In this document: positions 54,201 to 64,000 of the stretch, piece after piece
Numbering within the stretch: the first letter of the stretch is position 1
Layout of the letters: each line of letters begins with the position of its first letter
Assembly (NCBI RefSeq): GCF_006345805.1
Contig: NC_043005.1
Coordinates: forward strand, 64,170,001 to 64,234,000
Direction of reading: 5' to 3'
DNA length: 64,000 bases
DNA from: Octopus sinensis
Lineage: Eukaryota
Position numbers and translations under genes: made by a program
Notes under the pieces: model-generated
What the model was told of the DNA's origin: nothing
Seen by the model: only the letters and a program-made list of their open reading frames with translations
The model's database searches: none

Positions 54201-54642
54201 TGTCCAGGGTGGCATTCCAATCCCCCACTAAAAGTAAAGGACGAGACGTTCCCATGAAAGACTCTAGACGTCGAAAGAAATCTGGTCGGCCTGTTAAGGA
54301 CGGAGCATAAACTGCTATCAGTCGAAAAGCACACTCATTGCTGCCATCGACATCCAAAACGACCAGCCTACCCTCCGGGTCTAGGAAAATTGCTCTTACT
54401 TTGAGATCCAGACTCTTCCGGAGAAGCACCGCGGTGCCACCTCCGCCCATTCTCGGTAGACACGGAGAAAAATAAATGTTGAAATGTGTACCGAAACTGT
54501 GCTGGAGTGCCCGCAAGTTGTGGAGTCTGGTCTCACTGATGGCTATGATATTCAGATTTAGTGACTTGATGTCATTTAACAGGTAGCCTTGTTTCCAAGG
54601 CGACCCCAAGCCAGGTACATTTATACTGCCTATTCTGAGCAT
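51208..54642 (-). CDS. LINE ORF2: APE endonuclease, reverse transcriptase, C-terminal Zn finger (three frameshifts)
   Basis: MLRIGSINVPGL, ISETR, AVYAP, VGDWNA, SYLDRVF, YTDHK (APE); KSPGLDGLPYELY, NFRPITLLNADLKILAK, LDQSKAFDRVDH, VRQGCSLS, AYADDV (RT); CPRC..ETVLHALVQC. Split across ORFs 53845..54669, 53294..53833, 53157..53462 and 51208..53211. Confidence 0.93.
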
Positions 54643-55216
54643 GTTCCGATAAAAAATTGCGTTTTGCACACGAAAAGAAAGTGCAAAAAAGGAAAGAGAG
54701 AGAGAAAAGGTTATTTGTTGTTCGAAAGTCCTTTGTTTTTCACCTCACAGTCTTCTTCCATGAGGCTTTTGTATAGTTTCTTTGATGAATACTTTTGAAA
54801 TCTCCCTACTGCATCAGGGTAAAGAGATTTCAGGGTGCTGTATGCGTTCTGTGTTACGTTGATTATTTTAATGTGTTGTGGTGGTGTTGTGCGTGGGTGG
54901 TTACTTGTTTTATGTCGTTTTCAGTTATGTTGGTGTTTGACCTAATGTGTTCCATTAGGTCGTGGTTGTTTGTGTTTATGGCTGTCAACATTGTTGGAGG
55001 GCTTGATGATGGTGTGTTTGTGTTGATGTGTTTGTTTTCTGTGGATGTTTTTGTTTCGGGAGTGGTGAATCTTCCTGCTTTGTTTGTTATCTTTTCTTTT
55101 CTTTTTTTTTCCCCTTTTTCTTCTCCCCCCTGTGGCTATTTGCCAATCTTCTGTGTCTTCTTCGTCTAATTACAAATCAGAAGAATCAGAGCTTGAAAGA
55201 AGGAAAATATTGGGGT

Positions 55217-56790
55217 CTATTGTAAACTGTGTTGATTTTGTTGTTGGTGTTGGTTAGGTTGTGGTGTATGCGGTTTTGGAGGTGGGGTGTGGGTATTTTG
55301 TGTTTGAGTGATTGTAGGAATTGTTGTGTTGTTTGGGGTGTCAATTTTGTGGGGATTTGGAGTAGTAATTGTTTCTTCACTTTCGATGAGTGTCTTTTTG
55401 GCAGATGTCCTTGGTTTGGGAGTTGGTTTATTCTTGGTTGTTGTTGTTGGTGGTGTTGCTTCTGTTCTTGGTGCAGTTGATGTGGTTGTTTGGTTGGTGA
55501 GGTTTGTTTTTTGTTGATTTTCTGTGATTAGCCCTGTTCGTGCAAAACGTGGTGTGGGTAGTAAAGCTGGTTTATTTGTTTTTTCCGGCTGCTGTTGTTG
55601 TTGCTGTTGTTTTCTTGCGGCAGATTTGCAATCTTTTTTCAAGTGTTGCTCACTGCCGCATATGTAGCAACGTGGTCTTCTGCCATCGACGACCACATAC
55701 AACTTGTGGTCTTCTGATACACATATCTGGGTGGGTATTTTCTTTATGTCCTCTTGGTTTATATGTAGTAGAAATTCTACTTTTTTCCCACCCAGTTTTT
55801 GTGCTCCGTGACCGTGGTTTCTAAAATTGTGAAATCTTTCATTTTCACACATAAGGCCTTTACTAGCCATAGATTGTTAGCTATTTTTGGGACATTGTTT
55901 AAAGTGATCTTAGTCACTTTCTGTCCACGATAGCTTGGTGTTAGTTGAAGAGTTAGCGTTGAGAAACGTCTTGCTAACTCTTCAGTGTGGAATACCACTT
56001 GTATGTGTGCGAACTTGTTCCACCAGGTCACATACTCTTTGTAGTTCCAGATGGGTTTCAAGCATTTTTCTATTTTGCTTGTGTTAGCCTTCTCTGGACT
56101 TTTTGTTTTCTTATTAATTATTTTATAAATAATTGTTCTTTTTTTTTCATCTTCTAATATTTCTTGTGGTATGTTTATTTTTACTATACCATCTACTTCC
56201 ATTATTAAAATGTTCGTGTCTTTTATTTGTTGTGCAGTAAAATATACTGTTGTCTTTTTTTCTTTTATCGCCTCGGCGAAATTTGTTGTTATTTTGTTAT
56301 TGTTGTTGCTGGTGGTGATGTTGTTGTTGGCTGCAGTTGGTAAAATCGGTGTATTTGGTTTGATTGTGCAAGTAGGAAGGGATGGAAAATTACTTGCATA
56401 GTTTATCCCTGTATTCAAGCAGCTTTTGTCAATTTGTTTGGTGGTCACAGTCTTTTGTTTATTCCCTTCAGTTCTTGTTCTTTGAGGAGACAAGGTCTGA
56501 ACGGAATTGTTGTTGTTGTTATTGTTGTTTTTGTTGTTGGCAGTGGTGTCAGTGGCAGAAGAGACAGCCGTGGCAGCAGATGTCGAAATGGTGGCGCAAA
56601 TGTTATTCTTGTTGTCATTGTTATTGTTGTTGTTGTTGGTAGTTGAGGTAGTGGATGAGGTGGCGGTGGTGGTGGTGGTGGAGGCGGTGGTGGTAGAGGC
56701 GGTGGTGGTAGCAGTAGTAGTATTGTTGTTGTTGTTGTTAGTGGTGGTGTTGGTGACAGGGCTGTTACTACAAGTGGTTGCAGCGTTCAT
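55217..56790 (-). CDS. LINE ORF1 (gag-like): N/T-rich low-complexity N-terminus, single CCHC knuckle; frameshifted
   Basis: ORFs 55777..56790 and 55217..55870 overlap; CYICGSEQHLKKDC fits CX2CX4HX4C; may extend toward ~54720 in other frames. Confidence 0.85.
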
Positions 56791-57115
56791 TGCAAAGTCA
56801 TTGATGATTTCACTTTGCGTGCATAAATTCTTTTTTCTCTTAGCGTTTCCAGACTAGGAGAAAGCTGGTCGATAAAGGAATGCGACCATCGTTCTACAAT
56901 ACAATTTCTTGACATTTTCAAAATGTCGAGAAAGAAATTACAAAAATTAAATAGGGTTGAAACTGCCCCTAGGTGCGAATTCCTCCCTTGGAAAAGCACT
57001 CAAACGAAAGTTGGGTGCCTTACACACCTTATTTACAAAAATGTACACAAAATATGGGCTATAAATAGTCAAAATAAACGATTACCTTCAGAGTCGAAGT
57101 GACAGCACGTCCGTC

Positions 57116-57194
<79 letters not shown>
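57116..57194. repeat. (GATA)n array, 5' flank of the full-length LINE
   Basis: Direct reading. Confidence 0.98.
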
Positions 57195-57195
<1 letters not shown>

Positions 57196-58536
57196 CTAAG
57201 TTATATCCATATATTACTTTAACATGTATTCAGTTTCTTGATATTGAAAATACCTTTCGTGGTTACTCTCTATGAATCGTACCTTCTTATCTTAACAAAG
57301 AACACACAGGAATTCGTAGCCCCTTAAAAACTAGTTTTAATGAAAAACTCGATGGTTTAGCCTCCAATATCCCAGCTGTTCTGAAGCTAAGCAAGAACAA
57401 ACACATATTTGACTGGTCTCGGGTACTCTATCTCATCTTATCAGTTGTAGCACTCTGCTATTACTATCATATATACATTCATACATTAATTGTTCCAACA
57501 ATTTTATAGAATAGTGGTGGTGGCAATCGATCGGGAAAACGTTTTCGTTTGTTTTTTTCTTCTTCCTTTAGTTACGGGGCAGGATTTGAGCGTACAAAGC
57601 ACATAACTGTAACAGATACCGCATAGCATCCCATCCAATCCCTTAATAATTCTACCTGTTTACCGCTCTGGTGTGGTATTTCTTAATCGACCCTTAAAGG
57701 ATGAAAAGCAAAGTTGAATTCAGTGTAAGTTGAACTCGGGATGAATGGAGTCGAACAAATGCTACACCATATTCTATCCACTATTCTAAGTTCTCTACTG
57801 CTACTTCTCTGCTTATAACAATAGTATGTCCAAATATATGAGCAGAGAACAGCTATATTTTGCTATGCAGTTTACGATTCAAACATGTTGGGCTATCATG
57901 ATAAATGGCATGATAATAATCATATTCCAATGCAAATTTGGACAGATTGTTTTAAACTAAGAACTTCCGGATTCAAAACGCTATAATATCATAATTATTA
58001 ATCTATTCTTTACGCGTGGTTTTATTTTCCTAACAATAAAAACAAAGAGCATGTTTTCTTTTCCATTTACATCCATTATTCATCATGCTGAAATAATTAT
58101 TTTTACAGCCAGATTCTCTGTCTATCGCTAACCACTCATACTTTGAACTAAAAATGGAACAGGTTTTTGTCAGGTCAGACAAACTGAAATAAAAAGAATT
58201 ATGATTAAATGATGGGCCTGTTTTTTCTGCTTTTTTTTTCTTTCGGGTATTTGACCATAATTTTGTTTATCTTTGTTTTTCCCAACCTGTCAAAAGCCAG
58301 TTCTTTTATTCTTTCATTTGAATGTTGTGATAAACAGGATATCTGGATGTAGAATTTAAAAAATATACTTGGTTATATGAATATATAAAAGAAAAGAAAA
58401 AAATATAAGTTCAATAGTTCAAATATCGAGGAATGAAGCAGTCGGTCACACCAACCACAATAAAAAGGATGAAAAGCAAAATTGACCTCGTTGGAATTCG
58501 AACTCAAAATATATATATAGGGCCGCAAGTAAATAC

Positions 58537-58954
58537 TTATTTCTTTACTACCCACAAGGAGCTAAACACAGAGGAGACAAACAAGGACAGACAAACGGAT
58601 TAAGTCGATTACATCGACCCCAGTGCGTAACTGGTACTTAATTTATCGACCCCGAAAGGATGAAAGGCAAAGTCGACCTCGGCGGAATTTGAACTCAAAA
58701 GGTAACGGCAGACTAAATACCTATTTCTTTACTACCCACAAGGGGCTAAACACAGAGGGGAAAAACAAGGACAGACAAACGGATTAAGTCGATTACATCG
58801 ACCCCAGTGCATAACTGGTACTTAATTTATCGACCCCGAAAGGATGAAAGGCAAAGTCGACTTCAGCGGAATTTGAACTCAGAACGTAACGGCAGACGAA
58901 ATACGGCTACGCATTTCGCCCGGCGTGCTAACGTTTCTGCCAGCTCGCCGCCTT
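58537..58954 (-). mobile_element. SINE B head-to-tail dimer with TSD, inserted in an older SINE B
   Basis: Internal junction aaatac|ctatttcttt at 58720/58721; TSD ccgcaagtaaat at 58523 and 58955. Confidence 0.92.
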
Positions 58955-59889
58955 CCGCAAGTAAATCCTACAGAGAGTTTTATTTGTTGCTCTGCCCATT
59001 CTGTCAATGGTTACTAATAGACATAAACATAATTATTCCTTCGCTTGCCCGGAGGTACATAACACAGAATCTTAGAGAAGATGTGAATTGAAAGCACAGA
59101 GCGAAAACTGCGGCACCGTAAATCCATAGTCACTATACTATAAACAAACTGAATTATTGTAAGTCAACTAATTTTTAGACGACAATGTTATAAAGTCTAT
59201 CTCTCCAACAAATATAAGTATTTGGTTAATTAGATAAACTTATAAGTGTAATCAGTTATAAGTTGAAAACTCTAAGACACGTTGATTGCTTTCACCAAAG
59301 ATTCTACTAATTAAATATAAATATTATCTAAAATGGTTGTTCATGACTGTAAAGTTTACTTGTGAAACATCATTTTACCCGAATGACCATAGTTACTCAT
59401 ATATGAATTCTTATATTAACTGAGACCGTAATATAAATGGATTTGAACGACGTTATTAAATCAAGTATGAACATTTTGCAAATTACCTTCAATATAAATA
59501 TTTGTATGAATACATCAAGATGGTGTTTTGTCGTATAAATTATTTGAGATGCTAGACACAAGGAAACAGTTTCAGTTGAGTGACCAAATCCGTGTTGATT
59601 TTGTCGGGTGCCCTTCGTTACTGATACAAATACTGATGCTGATGTTCCTTCTAAGTTTAGGTGTTTCGGCATATTCTTCAAACACTCTAGGTTGTCACCT
59701 TAATATGAGAGTCATGATGAATAGAAAGCAAACTAAATTACAGGTACCGTACATCCACTTTAGCTTTGAGGAACTGGAAGAGTTTTAGTCTTATCATTTT
59801 TAGCTTCTATTGAAATAACTCGTTTACTGCAAGGATTTGTCTGCTGAAGGTTTTGAATTTCAGAATCACATATTTGTTAAACATAAAAC

Positions 59890-60195
59890 GATAAATGTGG
59901 CCCTTTTCAAGCCTAGCCGGGCTCATGGGCGCGGTTTCCCGGTTTCTGTGGCGTATGTGTTCCCCCCCCCAGCTGGATGGGGCGCTAGTCCATCGCAGCG
60001 TTACTCAAGAAACAGGAAGAGAGAAAGTTGTGACGAAAGAGTACAACAGGAGTTACAACCACCCCCTGCCGGAGCCTCGTGGAGCTTTTAGGTGTTTTCG
60101 CTCAATAAACACACACAACGCCCAGTTTGGGAATCGAAACCGCAATCCTCCGACCGCGAGTCCGCTACCCTAACTACTGGGCCATTGCGCCTCCA
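59890..60195 (-). mobile_element. SINE family C with an alternative tail
   Basis: Head and body match 19540-19739; the tail (gcgatggactagcgccccatccag) differs; ttgttaaaca on both flanks. Confidence 0.85.
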
Positions 60196-63100
60196 GCCTT
60201 GTTAAACAGACATGAACAATAATGTCCCTACCGTCACCACAATCTACATCGAGATGCTGTTACCTACATATCTAGTTATCATGAATTATTGATGTTACTA
60301 AAACTACTTTTTTTTTTCTTTCATAGCTCTTGTTTCTACAACTGATGATGAGGAGGAAGATCAGGAGAAGGCTGTTTAATAGCGTAACTGTTGTCGAGTT
60401 ACTAAAACTATTTCATAATACGGAGGAGGACGTTAAATCTCTTGGAAGTAATCGCGTATCTTTACTTACAGATATTTTCTCCGAGCGGAAAACCACAGAT
60501 GGTTGATTAAACAGTATCTATCTTTCTTGATTATGTTTCAGTTTAACTGGAATTAGCCTATCCTCTGTTAATCCTCAGCTACTATGATGATCTTTTGCTA
60601 CAACACGGCCAAATTAAATGCATACATGTAAACATCTGACCTTCATTAAGGAAAAAATAAATCTAAAAAGTTTCATTAGTGATTCCCAAATGTTTCTGAC
60701 TGCTGTTTCTTGGATCAAAATTGTATTTCCAGAGTTCTCACTGGGGTGGATATATTACATAATGTTATGGAATATAACACCAGGTATCGTTCAGGGGCCC
60801 TATAAATCAAATTATTAGAAAGGTATTGGGATTGTGTTAACTTAACGGAATGCTTGTCTTCTTATGCAACCCCAGTGCCCTCTCAAAGCAAATATTTGAG
60901 GACCTCTAGTTTAGACAGAAACATTAAATCTGGGAATAATTCTACTAATCTAAAAACAATCTGTATTATTTACGATCAGATAACTCACACAGCAGCCTTG
61001 ATGCAATGTGACTATTCAGTTGATCAAGAAGTTAAAACTACCGTGAATGCCAATGCATAAACATATGACCTTCGCACTCTTTACGTACGATGGTCGAAAG
61101 TTCGAGTATGTTGCCTTGGCACAAAAAAAGGCATCGTGAAAAATAATATCTTAAAATTAAATTTAAAATTTTTTAATGGTACAACAATCTGCATCGCAAA
61201 CAGATAGGACGATAAACTGTAACGAGTTCCTCTACCTCACTTTAAGTTCTAAAATGCTAAAGATTGATTTATTAGCTTGTTGGTTTACAGTTTTCACTCT
61301 CCATATTTGAGGGGGTATACAGCAGACCTATGTAGTTCAACAGTGAAATAATTTCTATCTTCATCGCTGAATCGTTACAGAGTAGAACAAAATGTTTGCT
61401 GCGTTTATGCTTAATTATAGACATTTACATTTTAAGTTCAAATACTGCTGAACATTACTTGACCTTTCACTATTCCAGGATCGATAAAGTATGATAGCAC
61501 GAAAACGATTCAAAATTCCTATAAGTATCTTAAGTGTAGATGAAATTATAATAGAATAAGGATATTTCCTTTGATAGCTTAACTGAACAAGTCTATCAAA
61601 TTCTTTTATCATTAAAGGTAATTTACTAAAACAAAATGTTAAATTTATGTTGTTTATACATTATATCATATTGTTTACGCAGATCTTGTTTATGCACTCT
61701 TCGGGTCAGTTTTTTTTATGGACGAATATTAAAATGTCTAAATGTGATGACTACAGAATTCCAGAATTTTATTATTTTCTTGATCAAGATTTAATCAGTT
61801 TTATTTATTTTCTTTTTTTGCAAGTTATTTCGTTATGTCAATTTTAATAATATAAGCAACCAACGTAGGAGTATTTAATCAGAGTAACTACGGATCTTTC
61901 AAAATTGCCAAGTTCCACTATCACAGAGAAATTAAATAAAAATCTGTACTATTATACGTAAATTCCCGGCCATAATTTACATAGTAATTGAACTGTTAAG
62001 ATTCATACAATTTTTAATGATTACATATTTAAGAATCTACTGTTTTGATTAGTGCTGGTCCGTCATAATTGATAACTTTTTCTACAACATCGCAATTATA
62101 TTAGAATGATCTACTTTTATAAAGTGATATCTATCAGAAATGCTTATTTAGATATCTGTAGACCTTTCATATTTCATCATTTATAATTTTCTTGACTGAG
62201 ATAAGTCAAAAGCTTTTATTTTTGATAACCATTAACGTGTTAGGAATTGCTGATTTATCATGACCGCATTTGTATGCAGGATTTTGGAGCATCAGAAGTC
62301 CAGTCAGAATTGCTAATCAATATTACATGAAGCTGCCAGACTTTGCAAATTTTCTCATTGCGGATATGTCAAAATGTTCGGCTTCAAAGACCGCGTATTC
62401 ATCTTAGCTTCACAATTTTCATGATCACTGATATTTCAGAAATTTAAAACTTACAGACAATCAGGCATGCCAGAGTTGATCATTTAGATGACCTCATGTG
62501 TATTAGAATATATAATTTTCATGATTGCCAATATGTCACCATATTCAATGTTGATAACTGACGATATTTTAGGCATGAATTCGTTTTTGTATGAGATCGC
62601 TGGATGTGTCAGAATGTTTTATAGTCAAACAGACAGGGTAGACATGATTGATAGTTCAGATAACTCTGAACTTGTGAGAATTCTTTTAGCGATTAAAAAT
62701 ATGTCAGAATTTTGAATTCTATTCACCGCTGATCAATCAGAAATGATAATTTTCATGATTAACAATCTGTGTAAATTTTCTCAGAGTGAATACCAGTATT
62801 CATGCAGTACCTGTAAAAATGTCCACTATTATGATTGCAATGATGGATGAATCAGATAGCGAAGCAATGTTGTTAATCGGTTAACATTCATCTCTGTCCA
62901 TAGCTAACATGGTGGTAGTTATTTAGATAGAGATATTTCAACGATTTAATGTGCGCATTTAGAAATTGGAGGATATTTCATAATTATAATGCACTTAACT
63001 GAAATCAGTCAAACTTGCACACTATCGAGAGAAAACAGTGTTTCTCTCTACAATTAACAATCTTGATGATAGATTTTAACTAAGATATCTTGTCACACTT

Positions 63101-63474
63101 TATGATATCAAGGATATCAAGGATTTATAGTTGTCTTGCATACTCTAAGTGTGGCTCTATCTCAAAGCGATAGCAGGTGAAACGGAACAATCGCAGGAAA
63201 GTAGTGACGGTGTTCGTAGTCAAAGTCAGAAATTTGCTTAGTGAAAATATTTATCTTCGAGAAGCGTTTGTATATATTTCCTATGCTTTTGTAACGTCAA
63301 TATTTACATTTTGATCAGCGCTTAACCGATTCTCCTCGTACATACACGTAAGAAGAGTGATGATAACTATAATGATGAGTACAACGACAACAACACTGGT
63401 GACGAAAACGACGTTCAGGGTAACAATGATGATGGTGACAGCTATGATGACAACGTCGACATGACTATGTTGCT

Positions 63475-63790
63475 GACGAGGAGGAGGAAAAGGGGGAAGG
63501 GGCGGGAGGGAGAAGGAAGGAGAGGGGAAGGAAGAGGAGGAAGAGGAAAGGTGGAAGAGGAGGAGGAAGAGGAGGAAGATGGGAAGTGGAAGTAGAGAAA
63601 GAGAAGGAAGAAGAGGGGAACAGGAAGTAGAGAAAGAGAAGAAAGAGGAAGGGGTGGCAGAGGAGGAAGACGATGTGGAAGAGGGAAGAGGGGTGGCAGA
63701 AGGGGATGAGGGGAAGAGGGGGAAGGGGAGTAGGGGAAGAGGAGAGGAAGAGAAGAGGCGGAGGAGAAGGGGAGGAAGGGAGAAAAAAGT
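63475..63790. repeat. Purine-rich (GGA/GAA) low-complexity tract
   Basis: Direct reading. Confidence 0.92.
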
Positions 63791-63854
63791 TTCCTAACAA
63801 GAAAACTAAACTAAGAATTCTGAGACACCTTCATGAAACGATGTCAGGCAGGCA

Positions 63855-63985
63855 TAGCTGTGAAGTTAAAAAGCTCACACGGATTCGGGTTCAGTCTTGC
63901 TGCGCGGCACCTAGGGCAAACGTCTTCTACTATAGCTCCGAGCTGACCAATGCTTTTGGCTGATGGAAACTGTGTAGATGTGCAT
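63855..63985 (+). mobile_element. Degenerate SINE A head
   Basis: cgggttcagtcttgctgcgcggcacctagggcaaacgtcttctactatagc. Confidence 0.7.
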
Positions 63986-64000
63986 GTATGTATGTGTGCG

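Noticed and set aside
59488-59699. Possible minus-strand exon with AG/GT ends
   Set aside because: Weak polypyrimidine tract and no recognisable protein similarity.

Overview
AT-rich eukaryotic intergenic or intronic DNA packed with microsatellites and transposons. The SINE families and microsatellite load suggest an octopus-like cephalopod genome (inference). I found no intact host gene. The dominant feature is a near-full-length, ~6.2 kb L1/Tx1-clade LINE (minus strand, 50910-57115; ORF1 with a CCHC knuckle, ORF2 with APE, RT and Zn finger) inserted inside a (GATA)n array. A second, diverged, 5'-truncated copy (25307-26397) sits inside another (GATA)n array in the same orientation, which points to a (GATA/TATC)n-targeting retrotransposon. 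The last ~45 nt of this LINE (stem-loop plus AATAAA) match the 3' tail of the most abundant young SINE in the window. That SINE repeatedly inserts into copies of itself at a fixed GTATTT site. Also present: two Penelope-like fragments, several variant hammerhead-ribozyme-like motifs, a 193-bp hairpin, CR1/RTE/R4-like LINE relics, mariner and DD37D-like transposase relics, a frameshifted GNB1L-like WD40 pseudogene fragment, and a ~130-bp minisatellite with an inverted partner. Most ORFs in the supplied track are microsatellite translations. All calls come from reading by eye; no searches or folding were run.
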